Origin: Methylocystis bryophila
GTDB lineage: Bacteria; Pseudomonadota; Alphaproteobacteria; Rhizobiales; Beijerinckiaceae
Length of the DNA stretch: 40,000 nucleotides
Reading direction: 5' to 3'
Assembly (NCBI RefSeq): GCF_027925445.1
Contig: NZ_AP027149.1
Span: forward strand, 3,550,178 to 3,590,177
Shown here: piece by piece, positions 1-9,572 of the stretch
How the letters are laid out: the number at the start of each line of letters is the position of its first letter
Numbering within the stretch: position 1 is the first letter of the stretch
Program-made: the position numbers and the translations under genes
Notes under the pieces: model-generated
Databases searched by the model: none
Told to the model about the DNA's origin: nothing
Seen by the model: the letters and a program-made list of their open reading frames with translations, nothing else

Positions 1-1682
1 AGCGCGGAGCCGTCGGCGAATGTGCTGCGCACTTCCGGCGACACGTGGTCGTAGAAGCCGTCGGTCTCGTCATAGGTGATGATGATCACGCTTTCCGGCC
101 AGTAAGGACTGTTGACGATGTCATTGATCGCCTTGGCGGCAAAGGCCTCGGAGATCTGTTGATCCGAGTAGGCGGGATGGTCGTCATTGCCAAGAAAGGC
201 GTGCTGAATGGCTGGCGTCGGGTCCACCGGCACGAGCCCGTCATTGTTGTTGTAGCCGCCGCGCAGATAGAACACGCCGCCGCCTTGCGGCAGGGTGCGG
301 TTTTCGACAGCCGTGAAGAAATCCTTGGCGCCGTGCAGATTATTGGCCAGCACCAGCGTGTTGTCGCCGAGATAGCCGAAATACTGCGGGCCATTGTGGT
401 GCAGTATGTAGCCCGTGTAGAGCCCCGGGTCGTGGGTGGGGTTGGGCGTGCCCGTGTTTTGCGGCTCGTAGGGGTCCGCCGCATCATTGCCGTTATAGCC
501 CTGCTGATACCAGCCCCAGCTGACCGCGGGATTGGAAGCGATGACCTTGATGTCGTCTTGAATGTCCGCGAGATCCGCCGTGGGATTCTCGTCTGCTGCG
601 ATGATGCTGTTGATGTTTCCTCCCATGAATGACAGCGGCAAGGAGGCAAAGGTCAGGTTTGGAGCCGGATTGGCCGCGTTCTCATCGAAGTTGTAAGGCG
701 GCTTCGTCGCGTTTTGGTCCAGATTCGAGCCTGGGAACGGACCCGGATCGGCGACGATCGGCACGTACGCGCTGGTGTCGCCGGCGGCCGGGGGAGCGCT
801 CTGGGAGTAGCTTGCGCCCAGAACGTTGGGGAAGCTCGGCGCGGAATAAGTGGTGGTCGCGCCTTCGGCGTTGTGAAGCGCCCATTGGGTCTCGCCGGAT
901 TGACCGGCGATGAGCGCGATCGCGTTCGGGGTCGAGGGTCCGACGATCGTCTGGCGGAAGTTGTCGAACAGCACGAAGTTCTTCGCCCACATCCACATGA
1001 AGGGGATCGTGTCGCAATCAATGTGGCTGACGTCGATTTCGGCTTTCTGCTTCTGCGCGAGCGAGATCGCGGTGGGCGTCGCGCCCGTCTTGGTCACGAT
1101 TTGGCCGGAGCTGTTGGTCGTCAGCCCCTCTTGATTCATCGCGTAACGGTCATTCGCCGCAAGGCCGGATGACGCGTCGATATGCATGCCGTTCGCCATG
1201 CCTTGGTGCGAGTGATCGACAGAGATCTCGTCGGCGGGATAAACCGGCACGATCGAGCCTACCGGCCCTGCGGATCCCGCCTGCGTCGTCTGGACCGCCT
1301 GCGGAATCAGAAAGGGGGAGATCGTCGCGGGCTTGAGCGAGGTGTCGAGATAATTCTGCACGAAGCTCGCCGTCTTATAGGCGGGCGTCGCGCCGATCGG
1401 CGCGCTGAAGAGGCCGTTCGCTCCCGGGAATGTGCCGAAGAAGTGGTCGAACGACTCATTCTCGTGGAAAATCACGAAGACATATTTTACCTTTTTGCGC
1501 AGCAGCGCGATCCTCTGGGCGAGCGGCAGCAAGTTCGCGCCGTCGTTCGACTTCACGCCGGGGCTCCAGTAGTGCCCCGCGTCGTTCTGAGATGTTTGCG
1601 CGAAGGATGGCGTCGCGTTCAACAGGACCGCCATCGCGCCGACCAGCGCAGTGCTGCGCTTGATAAGCCTCGTAAAAGACAT
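1..1682 (-). CDS. Phosphoesterase family protein (phospholipase C / AcpA-type acid phosphatase); 3' end runs off the window
   Basis: Own translation from ATG at 1682..1680. It starts MSFTRLIKRSTALVGAMAVLLNATPSFAQ (signal peptide), then RKKVKYVFVIFHENESFDHF (phosphoesterase motif), and reads WPESVIIITYDETDGFYDHV at the window edge. It is absent from the ORF track because no stop lies inside the window. Confidence 0.8.
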   Translation of the reverse strand, partial: MSFTRLIKRSTALVGAMAVLLNATPSFAQTSQNDAGHYWSPGVKSNDGANLLPLAQRIALLRKKVKYVFVIFHENESFDHFFGTFPGANGLFSAPIGATPAYKTASFVQNYLDTSLKPATISPFLIPQAVQTTQAGSAGPVGSIVPVYPADEISVDHSHQGMANGMHIDASSGLAANDRYAMNQEGLTTNSSGQIVTKTGATPTAISLAQKQKAEIDVSHIDCDTIPFMWMWAKNFVLFDNFRQTIVGPSTPNAIALIAGQSGETQWALHNAEGATTTYSAPSFPNVLGASYSQSAPPAAGDTSAYVPIVADPGPFPGSNLDQNATKPPYNFDENAANPAPNLTFASLPLSFMGGNINSIIAADENPTADLADIQDDIKVIASNPAVSWGWYQQGYNGNDAADPYEPQNTGTPNPTHDPGLYTGYILHHNGPQYFGYLGDNTLVLANNLHGAKDFFTAVENRTLPQGGGVFYLRGGYNNNDGLVPVDPTPAIQHAFLGNDDHPAYSDQQISEAFAAKAINDIVNSPYWPESVIIITYDETDGFYDHVSPEVRSTFADGSA

Positions 1683-1698
1683 TTCCGCCCCCTCAATG

Positions 1699-1732
1699 TA
1701 GCCGACAGTTACGAATGTTAGCCGACAGTCAC
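1699..1732. promoter_or_regulatory. Two direct repeats, tagccgacagttac / tagccgacagtcac, with 20-bp period, just upstream of the phosphoesterase start
   Basis: 1699..1712 and 1719..1732 match at 13 of 14 positions. On the gene strand the core reads ACTGTCGGCTA, with the CTGTC pentamer found in Pho boxes. Confidence 0.3.
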
Positions 1733-1859
1733 GGTTCAGCCTGCTAACGAGCCGGCTTTGCAAATTGATGACGGATTGACGACGACGTCGCGGGCGAGCG
1801 GGGGAACTCTGCCTCAAAGCCATAACACACTGAAAAACCGAGTATTTTTGCGTCAGGCC

Positions 1860-3260
1860 CTAGGCGGGAAACATCTTCTCCGCCAGAGCCGGCAGCGTCT
1901 CGATCAAGCCGCCGAGGGCGCCGGAGGTCAGCAGCAGGACGACGTCGTCCGCGCGGAGCCTTTCGCCCACAACCGGCGCGGGATCGACATGCGGCAGGAC
2001 GATCGCGTTGATTCCACTCGCCGCGATCCGGGCCGTGATCTCCGCTTGCGTCACTTGCGCATGCGTCGCCGCGCCTTGCGTCGCCGGCTCATAGACGAAG
2101 ACCGTCTCCGCGCCCCTAAAGGCGTCGTCGTACCAGGCCAGCGCCTCGCGATTGCGCCAGCTGAAGGCGTGCGGCTCGAAGGCGACCACGAGGCGACGCT
2201 TCGGGAAATGCAGCTTCACGGCGGCGATGGCGCTGCGCGCTTTCTCGTAAGACGAACCGAAACCTTCAAATATCGGGATTGCGGATTTCTCCGTTTTCAG
2301 GTCGAGGCGACGGCGCACGCCTTTGAACGAGGCGACGCCCCGCGCGAAGACCCCCTCGCCGAGGAGTCCTTGCGAAAGCACGAAGGCGGCGACGCCGACG
2401 ATATTTTGAATGCTGTGCTCGCCGAGCTGCGACGTCGCGAGGCGCATCACCCTCGCCCCCCGATAGGTCAAATCGAAATGCGTCGTGGCGCCCCAGGCGA
2501 TATTGGCGGCGACGTAATCGCCCGTCCCCAGACCATAGGTGATGACGGGACGGCGCAGGCTCGCGAGAAACTGTCCGCTGAGCGCGCCTTCCGTGCAAGC
2601 GACCATCTGCTCGGGCATTTCGGCCAGTTGAGCGAAGGGCCGCAGATAGTCTTCGATCGTCGGATAGACGTTCACGTGATCATGCGCCAAGGGCGCGAGC
2701 AACAGAGATTTCGGCCGATAGTGCAGAAACTTCGCGCGCGAGTCGGTGTTTGAGGAGGGGTATTCGTCGCCCTCCAGGATAAAGATCTTGCCGGCGCCAA
2801 GCCTCGAGCTCGTCGACGGCGTGAGCGGAATCGCGCCGATGAAAAAGGACGGGTCCACCCCCCCTTGCTCCAGCACATGCGCGAGCAAAGCGGCGCAGGT
2901 CGATTTGCCGTAGCTGCCCGCCACCACGGCCGTCTCGCGACCCTTCGCAAGCAGCGTCAGCACTTCGGGGAAGGAGAGAATGGTTTTGCCGCTGTCGAAA
3001 GCCGCACGCACTTCAGCGTTGGTCGCCGACACGAGCCGCGCATTCTTGCCGATGACGATGACATCGGTCTGAGGGGGAATATTGGCCGGGCTATAGCCGA
3101 CGACATAGGGCAAACCCTCCGCCGTCAAGAAATCGGATATGGGCGGATAGACGCCCTCGTCGGAGCCGGTGACGCTGACGCCGCTATCGCGGAGAAGCTT
3201 CGCGACCGCGCTCATGCCGGCGCCGGCGATGCCGATGAAATGAACATTCTGTGCGAGCAT
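1860..3260 (-). CDS. mpl: UDP-N-acetylmuramate:L-alanyl-gamma-D-glutamyl-meso-diaminopimelate ligase (murein peptide ligase)
   Basis: ORF 1860..3335. The N-terminus MLAQNVHFIGIAGAGMSAVAKLLRDSGVSVTGSDEGVYPPISDFL is typical of Mpl/MurC, and GSYGKSTCAAL is the P-loop. I place the start at the internal ATG 3260, because the upstream 25 codons have no homology-like content. Confidence 0.9.
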   Translation of the reverse strand: MLAQNVHFIGIAGAGMSAVAKLLRDSGVSVTGSDEGVYPPISDFLTAEGLPYVVGYSPANIPPQTDVIVIGKNARLVSATNAEVRAAFDSGKTILSFPEVLTLLAKGRETAVVAGSYGKSTCAALLAHVLEQGGVDPSFFIGAIPLTPSTSSRLGAGKIFILEGDEYPSSNTDSRAKFLHYRPKSLLLAPLAHDHVNVYPTIEDYLRPFAQLAEMPEQMVACTEGALSGQFLASLRRPVITYGLGTGDYVAANIAWGATTHFDLTYRGARVMRLATSQLGEHSIQNIVGVAAFVLSQGLLGEGVFARGVASFKGVRRRLDLKTEKSAIPIFEGFGSSYEKARSAIAAVKLHFPKRRLVVAFEPHAFSWRNREALAWYDDAFRGAETVFVYEPATQGAATHAQVTQAEITARIAASGINAIVLPHVDPAPVVGERLRADDVVLLLTSGALGGLIETLPALAEKMFPA

Positions 3261-3557
3261 CTGGACCTTGGAGCCAAAATTTCGGGATTTTTTGCGATTC
3301 GAGCGGAGATTTTCGCAACATGGCGCCTTTTCCAAGGCGGAGCCGCGGCGGCCGCGGCGCGATGAGGTGAAGGTCGCATCCCCAAATCCCAGGCCCCGGG
3401 AGCCCGCGAGGCGGCGTCTCGATGGGCCGCCAAGCGCGGACTACCGTTCGCTTTCCCGAGCTCGCCTCCTTCGAGACGGCTCCTGATCGGAACGCCCGAT
3501 TGACTCCCCGCAAGCTCGGCCTAAAACCGCGCAACACATTTAAGGAGAGCGCCACGC

Positions 3558-4415
3558 ATGCCGCATACGGGACTTGAGAGCCTCATCACCGCCGCCTTCG
3601 AGGACCGGGCGAACATCACGCCGTCGACACAGGGCGACATCCGCCATGCGGTCGAGAGCGCGCTGCGCCTCCTCGATTGCGGCAAGCTGCGCGTCGCCGA
3701 GAAGATCGAGGGCGAGGAGGGACCCGCCTCTTGGCGCGTGCATCAATGGCTGAAAAAAGCCGTGCTGCTCTCCTTCCGCTTGAACGACATGAACGTGATC
3801 GCGGGCGGGCCCGGCGGCGCCACTTGGTGGGACAAGGTCCCGTCGAAATTCACGGGCTGGGGCGCCAAGGAGCATGCGGACGGGGGCTTTCGCTCCGTCC
3901 CCGGCGCGATCGTGCGCCACTCGGCCTATGTGGCCCCTGGGGCCATCCTGATGCCCTCCTTCGTCAATCTCGGCGCCTATGTCGATTCGGGAACGATGGT
4001 CGACACCTGGGTCACAGTCGGCTCCTGCGCGCAGATCGGCAAGAACGTGCATCTTTCCGGCGGCGTCGGAATCGGCGGCGTGCTGGAGCCCTTGCAGGCC
4101 AATCCGACGATCATCGAGGACGATTGCTTCATCGGCGCGCGCTCCGAGGTCGTCGAAGGCGTCGTGATCGGCAAGGGATCGGTGCTTTCCATGGGCGTCT
4201 TCATCGGCGCCTCGACCAAGGTGATCGACCGCTCGACCGGCAAGGTTCATGTTGGCTATGTGCCGCCCTATTCCGTCGTCGTCTCGGGGAATATTCCCGG
4301 CAAGTCCCTGCCCGACGGCCAATCGGGCCCCTCCCTCTACTGCGCGGTGATCGTGAAGACCGTCGATGCGCAGACCCGCGCCAAGACCGGCATCAACGAG
4401 CTATTGAGGGACTGA
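3558..4415 (+). CDS. dapD: 2,3,4,5-tetrahydropyridine-2,6-dicarboxylate N-succinyltransferase
   Basis: 285 aa with hexapeptide-repeat region [69 protein letters not shown]. An AAGGAG SD lies upstream of the ATG. Confidence 0.95.
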   Translation: MPHTGLESLITAAFEDRANITPSTQGDIRHAVESALRLLDCGKLRVAEKIEGEEGPASWRVHQWLKKAVLLSFRLNDMNVIAGGPGGATWWDKVPSKFTGWGAKEHADGGFRSVPGAIVRHSAYVAPGAILMPSFVNLGAYVDSGTMVDTWVTVGSCAQIGKNVHLSGGVGIGGVLEPLQANPTIIEDDCFIGARSEVVEGVVIGKGSVLSMGVFIGASTKVIDRSTGKVHVGYVPPYSVVVSGNIPGKSLPDGQSGPSLYCAVIVKTVDAQTRAKTGINELLRD

Positions 4416-4888
4416 TGGACGCCGAGCGCTTCCACTTCCTGTTCCAGCAGGACAAGGGCGAGATCGACCGCGCCGCATGGGGAAAATATGCGGCCTATAT
4501 GGCCGGCCTCGTCTTGCTCCTGACCCTGCCCTGGTTGTGGGCGCGCCACCACATCGTCCATGATCTATCGAAAGACCCGCTCTTCGCGCCGGAAATCTTC
4601 CTCGCGTATTTCTATGCGGTGCTTTATGGCGTCGCCCTCATGCTGATCGGCGCGAGCTACATGAATCTCACGGCCAAGCGCTTTCGCGCGCTGCGCTGGC
4701 CGAGCCCGCTCGGCTTCGCCAGTCTCGCGCCTCTGGTCGCCTATTTGGCCGCCGCGTTGCGACTCGCGCCGATATTGAGCTCCTTTCTGGCGGATTACGC
4801 GCCGACCTGGGCGATATGGGGCTCGGAGGCGGCCTTCATGGCCGTCGCCGCCTGGACGGCCTGGGAGCTCGGGGTGAAGAAGGGATAG
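4415..4888 (+). CDS. Small integral membrane protein, possibly DUF805-like
   Basis: This is the 3' part of track ORF 3677..4888. The ATG at 4415 overlaps the dapD TGA by 1 nt. GC3 is high and there are about 4 hydrophobic helices. GEIDRAAWGKY and NLTAKRFRALRWPSPLG loosely resemble the DUF805 motifs (GRIsR..YW, RRLHD..SGW). Confidence 0.6.
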   Translation: MDAERFHFLFQQDKGEIDRAAWGKYAAYMAGLVLLLTLPWLWARHHIVHDLSKDPLFAPEIFLAYFYAVLYGVALMLIGASYMNLTAKRFRALRWPSPLGFASLAPLVAYLAAALRLAPILSSFLADYAPTWAIWGSEAAFMAVAAWTAWELGVKKG

Positions 4889-5019
4889 CGGCTTCGACGG
4901 CAACAGGACCCGCGCGCAGCGCGGCGGTGAGAAACGGGGCTCATGAGCAAGGAGAATCCTGCCATCGAGAATTCTTATGCGCGTTCGAAACCGCTTGCGG
5001 AATCCCGGCAGGCCCGACG

Positions 5020-5049
5020 CCCTCCCTGTCCCCGCTTGCAGGGAGAGGG
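5020..5049. repeat. GC-rich palindromic repeat, copy a (degenerate)
   Basis: Sequence is ccctccctgtccccgcttgcagggagaggg. Arms ctccctg/cagggag pair. It lies in the intergenic gap before dapE. Confidence 0.7.
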
Positions 5050-5106
5050 TCGGGGTAAGGGGCCCGGGGGCGCGGACAGCAATACCTCCGCCGCCACGAC
5101 CCCTAG

Positions 5107-5132
5107 CCCTCTCCCCGTGAGCGGGGAGAGGG
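5107..5132. repeat. GC-rich palindromic repeat, copy b
   Basis: ccctctccccg-tgag-cggggagaggg forms an 11-bp perfect stem. Intergenic. Confidence 0.85.
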
Positions 5133-5166
5133 GACTGGCTCGCGCCCTCATCGACGCAGCCCCCTG

Positions 5167-6324
5167 ATGTCCCTCTCCCCCTCCGTCGCCCTCGCCCGCG
5201 ATCTGATCCGCTGCCCTTCGGTGACGCCAGCCGACGCCGGCGCGCTCGACGTGCTGCAAGGATTTCTGACGGCGGCCGGCTTCGCTTGCACGCGAAAAAT
5301 CTTCACCGAGCCCGGCACGCCGGACGTGGACAATCTCTTCGCCAAAATTGGCCAAGGCCCGCCGCATCTCGTCTTCGCCGGCCATACCGATGTCGTCCCG
5401 CCGGGAGACGCCAAGCGCTGGCGCCATGATCCCTTCGCCGGCGAGATCGAGAGCGGGCGGCTTTGGGGCCGCGGCGCCTCGGATATGAAGAGCGCCGTCG
5501 CGGCCTTCGCCGTCGCGGCGCGCGACTTTGTCGCCGCGCATGGGAGCGCGAAAGGCGCGATCTCCTTCCTCATCACCGGCGACGAGGAAGGCGCGTCGAT
5601 TAACGGCACCGCGAAGCTCCTCGACTGGGCCAAGGAACAGGGCGAGCGTTTCGATCACTGCATCGTCGGCGAGCCGAGCAGTGTTCTGGCGCTCGGCGAT
5701 ATGATGAAGATCGGCCGGCGCGGATCGCTCAGCGGACGCGTCACGATCGAGGGCGTGCAAGGCCATGTCGCCTATCCCGAGCGCGCCGACAACCCCGTGC
5801 CGAAGATGGCGCGCCTCGTCGCCGCGCTCTCGGACCATCGCTTCGACGAGGGCTCCGCGCATTTCGGCGCTTCAAATCTCGAATTCACCTCGGTGGACGT
5901 GGGCAATCCGGCGGTGAACGTCATCCCGGCGCGGGCGACCGCGGCCTTCAACATCCGCTTCAACGATTTGTGGACGCCGGAGCGGCTCGAGAACGAAATC
6001 CGCTCAATCACGGCGCAGGCTGTGGGCGCCGCCGCGCAGCTCGACTTCACGCCCTGCAACGCCAGAGCGTTCCTCACGAATCCGGGCGCCTTCGTCGCGC
6101 TCGTCTCACGCGCCGTGGAGGAAGCGACGGGCCGCAAGCCCGAGCTCTCGACCACCGGCGGCACTTCGGACGCGCGCTTCATCGTGCGCGACTGCGAGGT
6201 CGTCGAATTCGGCCTCACAAACGAGTCGATCCACAAGATCGACGAAAACGCCGCGCTCGACGATATCGACGGCCTGACCAAGGTCTATCGTCGCATCCTC
6301 GATCTCTATTTCGAACGGCCATGA
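5167..6324 (+). CDS. dapE: Succinyl-diaminopimelate desuccinylase
   Basis: 385 aa. Contains LIRCPSVTPADAG, FAGHTDVVPPGD, GRGASDMKSAVAA, ITGDEEG, GRRGSLSGRVTIEGVQGHVAYP and TTGGTSDARF, all canonical DapE/M20 blocks. Confidence 0.95.
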   Translation: MSLSPSVALARDLIRCPSVTPADAGALDVLQGFLTAAGFACTRKIFTEPGTPDVDNLFAKIGQGPPHLVFAGHTDVVPPGDAKRWRHDPFAGEIESGRLWGRGASDMKSAVAAFAVAARDFVAAHGSAKGAISFLITGDEEGASINGTAKLLDWAKEQGERFDHCIVGEPSSVLALGDMMKIGRRGSLSGRVTIEGVQGHVAYPERADNPVPKMARLVAALSDHRFDEGSAHFGASNLEFTSVDVGNPAVNVIPARATAAFNIRFNDLWTPERLENEIRSITAQAVGAAAQLDFTPCNARAFLTNPGAFVALVSRAVEEATGRKPELSTTGGTSDARFIVRDCEVVEFGLTNESIHKIDENAALDDIDGLTKVYRRILDLYFERP

Positions 6325-7121
6325 CGAGTCTTTCGCCGACGTCAAAGATAAAGGTCGAGGTCGCGGACCATGTCGCGCGCATCCTCATCGACAATGCGGC
6401 GCGCCGCAACGCCTTCGACTATGAGATGTGGCGCGCGCTCCCCAAGATCATGCGCGCCCTCGACGAGCGCGACGACGCGCGCGTCATCGTGCTCGGCGCA
6501 GCCCAGGGGCTCTCCTTCTGCTCGGGCGCCGATATATCCGAGTTTTCGACCCTGCGCGCGACGGCCGATGGCGGCCGCGCTTATGAAGAAGCCAATCTCG
6601 CCGCATTCGACGCGCTGGCGCAGGCCGCGAAGCCCACGATCGCCGCGATTGGCGGCTTCTGCATGGGCGGAGGCGTGGGCCTTGCGGCCTCCTGCGACCT
6701 TCGTATCGCGCGCGAGGATTCGGTCTTCGCCATCCCCGCGGGACGGCTCGGCCTCGGCTATCCGCCGAAAGCCATGGCCTATGTGACGACGGCGCTGGGC
6801 GCGCAGACCGCAATGGAGCTCTTCTTCACGGCGCGCCGGCTCAGCGCCAGGGAAGCCTTCGAACGCGGCTTCGTGGCGAGGCTCTTGCCGAGCGAGGGTT
6901 TCGACGAGGCGATCACCGCGCTCGCGGCGATGATCGCCGCCAATGCGCCCCTGACCTTGCGCGCGGCCAAGGCCGCGATTCGCGCCGCGATTCGCGCTCC
7001 CGGCGCGCCCACGGGGGAGGACTGCGCGCGGCTCGCCGCCGTTTGTTTCGACAGCGCCGATTTCGAAGAGGGCCGCGCGGCATTTTTGGGAAAACGTGAA
7101 CCGAAGTTTTCGGGGCGATGA
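6321..7121 (+). CDS. Enoyl-CoA hydratase/isomerase (crotonase) family protein
   Basis: This is the 3' part of track ORF 5970..7121. The ATG at 6321 overlaps the dapE stop (ATGA). Contains VADHVARILIDNAARRNAF, FCSGADISEF and the AAIGGFCMGGGVGLAASCDLRIA oxyanion-hole region. Confidence 0.85.
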   Translation: MTSLSPTSKIKVEVADHVARILIDNAARRNAFDYEMWRALPKIMRALDERDDARVIVLGAAQGLSFCSGADISEFSTLRATADGGRAYEEANLAAFDALAQAAKPTIAAIGGFCMGGGVGLAASCDLRIAREDSVFAIPAGRLGLGYPPKAMAYVTTALGAQTAMELFFTARRLSAREAFERGFVARLLPSEGFDEAITALAAMIAANAPLTLRAAKAAIRAAIRAPGAPTGEDCARLAAVCFDSADFEEGRAAFLGKREPKFSGR

Positions 7122-7157
7122 GGCGACACGCGCTGTTGCGTTCTCGGAAAGGCGGGT

Positions 7158-8336
7158 TCAGCGCAGGACTGCGTCCCTAGCGACAATCGGGATAGAGAAG
7201 GAGAACGCCGCGCCCTGGCCGGGCCGAGCCTTCACCGATATCCCCCATCCATGGCGGTCCGCGATCGATTTGCAAATGGCGAGCTCTATTCCTGTTCCGG
7301 CATACTCGCTCTTGCCGCCGAACGTCTTGAACGGCTCGAAAATCGTTTGCGCGAATTCCTCCCTGAAACCGACGCCGTGATCGATGATCGTCAAATTGAC
7401 GGCCCCCTCGCCGATCGGGGCCGCGGCGATGTCGATCCTCGGCGCCTGGCCCGGCTTGCCGTATTTGATCGCGTTCGAGATGATGTTTTGCAGCAGGCAG
7501 GCAAGCTGCGACCGATCCGCCATAATCCGCGTGGGCGGCATGGAGACGTTCACCTGAGCCTTGCTCTCGACGATCGAGTCCGACAGGAGATTCACGATCG
7601 CGTCGATCTCCTCTCTGAGATCGACCGCCTCCAGCCTTTGCTCGCCTAAGATCGTCGAGGAGTAGATCAACAAATCGTCGACGAGCTTGCGCGCGCTTTC
7701 CGCACAGCTTCGCATGGCCTTTCTCGCATAGGCCATGTCCTTCTTATTGGAAGAAGCGACCGCTTGCTCCAGCAGCTCCGAAAAGGCTTCGATTCTACGC
7801 AGAGGCTCCTGGAGATCGAGCGAGGCCACGTAGACGAATTGGGCGAGACGCTCGGGACTCGAGGCGCTCGCATATTGGCTTTCCAAAAGCTGCTTGATGT
7901 TCTCGACTGTCCGCTCAGCCCCCTCTTTCAGCGTCGAACGAAAAAGCGCCGCAAACGGACGCATGAAGAGGTCCTGTTCCTGAATCTCGACGCTGAAATC
8001 GAGCCTCGTGGATCCAGGGGCCTCCTCCCGAAATTCATAGGAGCATTTGAACGGCTCCGAAATTCCCGCGATCCCGATGAGCTGGGGTGGACCGAAGCGC
8101 ACGATCTCGAAGGTCGATTCGCTGCGGACGCCGCGATCGAGCGTCACCTGCCGCGCTCTGACGCCGGGGCGAATCGGCCCCTCCGACAAGGGCTCCAGTT
8201 CCACCACCTGCGGCGACCAGCGGGCGTAGTTTTGAAAAAAGCCATGGCCCACAAAGTTGAAGGCGCTCGCGATCGGACACCCCACCGAAGCTTGCGCCCC
8301 GGCTGAAATCGGTTTGGCGGCTCCTAGAGTCAGCAT
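7158..8336 (-). CDS. Cytoplasmic SRPBCC (START-like) domain fused to HisKA + HATPase_c; the H-box histidine is replaced by Leu
   Basis: The N-terminal ~150 aa look like polyketide-cyclase/SRPBCC. The H-box reads YVASLDLQEPLRR (expected SHDLxEPL). The N-box is NIISNAIKY, G1 is DHGVGF, and G2 reads GTGIELAICK. Start taken at ATG 8336; the track ORF extends to a TTG at 8414. Confidence 0.8.
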   Translation of the reverse strand: MLTLGAAKPISAGAQASVGCPIASAFNFVGHGFFQNYARWSPQVVELEPLSEGPIRPGVRARQVTLDRGVRSESTFEIVRFGPPQLIGIAGISEPFKCSYEFREEAPGSTRLDFSVEIQEQDLFMRPFAALFRSTLKEGAERTVENIKQLLESQYASASSPERLAQFVYVASLDLQEPLRRIEAFSELLEQAVASSNKKDMAYARKAMRSCAESARKLVDDLLIYSSTILGEQRLEAVDLREEIDAIVNLLSDSIVESKAQVNVSMPPTRIMADRSQLACLLQNIISNAIKYGKPGQAPRIDIAAAPIGEGAVNLTIIDHGVGFREEFAQTIFEPFKTFGGKSEYAGTGIELAICKSIADRHGWGISVKARPGQGAAFSFSIPIVARDAVLR

Positions 8337-8632
8337 TGATCTTTCCCCGTGGCTCCGCTTGCGCGCCTTCCCCAAACGCACGAAGCGATTTCTAGAAAAA
8401 ATTGACACGCTCAATGGTTTTAAAGCTCGTTCAGAAGCGCTTCCGTTGAATCTGGTCCTTCGCTACGCCAGAATCAACATGAGATCATTCCGGATAGCCG
8501 CTCGAAAAAACAAGCGAGGGACAGGGTTGACGGCGAGGAATTCGTCTCCAGCTTCTCCGAGGGAGAGGCGAATCCTTGTCGCCAAGCTAGAGCTGTGGCC
8601 GGTCAGCAGCAATCGGTAGGAAGTGACGAGCG

Positions 8633-9478
8633 ATGAACGTAGCTTTCCGGATCGAAAACGTTCTTTTTGCGATCGCGCTTGGGGCCTTCCTATTGCTGCT
8701 TCTGCTGGAAAAGTGGCATCCCCATAGAAAATTCTCAGCAAGACGCCTGCGACAGTCTTTTTCTACGAATACATCAGCTTTTTTATTTAATACGATGACG
8801 ATGAATATTTTTTCAGCGACAAGCTTGCTACTTATTGCTTCAAATTACTCGCACTACGGCCTCTTAAGTCACTTCAATAACAATTTATTTAAATTGATCT
8901 TCTCATTTATTTTGTTCGATTTTGCGGTTTATGTTTGGCATTTCTTCGGGCATAAATCAGAATATCTATGGAGGTTCCACAAGATTCATCACAGCGACAA
9001 GAGCATCCACGTCTCCACGGGGCTGCGGTTTCACATTGTCGATCAATTCTTTGAAGTCATTTTCAAATGTCTATGCACTGTCATTATCGGTGTCGGCGCG
9101 CATGTCGTCATCGTCTGCGAGCTTCTGCGAATGCTCTTCGTGTTCTTCCATCATGCGAACGTGTCTCTGCCCGGGGAAAAATGGCTATCATACGTCGTGA
9201 TTACCCCCTCCCTGCACCGGGCTCATCATTCCACGCTGCGCAGCGAGCACGATAGCAATTATGGGATCGTGCTCGCCATATGGGACATAGTATTTGGCAC
9301 GCGGAAAGAACTGGCGCCCAAGAAGATTGGCTTGGAACTGGCCGAGGCGGAGAATTTTGTGCAGCTCTTCAGTCTGGCTTTCGTGACGGAAGCGCGCTTT
9401 GCGAGGATGCTGCACCTGCTGCCGCGCCTCGGTGCGACTTCCACGAGAAAGCGGGCCGCCAATTTCTCAAGCGATTGA
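8633..9478 (+). CDS. Fatty acid hydroxylase / sterol desaturase superfamily membrane protein
   Basis: 281 aa and hydrophobic, with His boxes WHFFGH, HKIHH and HRAHH. The gene is strikingly AT-rich: lines 8821 and 8881 count 38% and 27% GC. Confidence 0.85.
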   Translation: MNVAFRIENVLFAIALGAFLLLLLLEKWHPHRKFSARRLRQSFSTNTSAFLFNTMTMNIFSATSLLLIASNYSHYGLLSHFNNNLFKLIFSFILFDFAVYVWHFFGHKSEYLWRFHKIHHSDKSIHVSTGLRFHIVDQFFEVIFKCLCTVIIGVGAHVVIVCELLRMLFVFFHHANVSLPGEKWLSYVVITPSLHRAHHSTLRSEHDSNYGIVLAIWDIVFGTRKELAPKKIGLELAEAENFVQLFSLAFVTEARFARMLHLLPRLGATSTRKRAANFSSD

Positions 9479-9572
9479 CGCAGCTTCTCCAAGACGCGGC
9501 GCGCGCAAAGGCCCGCTTGATCGGAGAAGCCTTAACCGCCATGTTTAGGATCTCCGAACTCAGGAAGGTCCT

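Noticed and set aside
3540-4322. 260-aa antisense ORF opposite dapD (similar case: 4975..5862 opposite dapE)
   Set aside because: These are typical GC-rich shadow ORFs. The peptides are low-complexity and R/A/G/D-rich. The opposite strand encodes unmistakable DapD and DapE.
3677-4888. 403-aa forward ORF spanning dapD and the downstream gene
   Set aside because: Its first ~245 codons are an out-of-frame shadow of dapD (an R/G/A-rich nonsense-like peptide). Only the 3' part from ATG 4415 looks like a real membrane protein.
8537-8575. Imperfect inverted repeat ggaattcgtctcc...ggagaggcgaatcc in the kinase/hydroxylase intergenic region, possibly a 13th copy of the GC palindrome
   Set aside because: Pairing needs two bulges, and the arms match the family consensus only partially (…ttctcc-ga-gggagagg…). 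This is too degenerate to call as either an operator or a family member.
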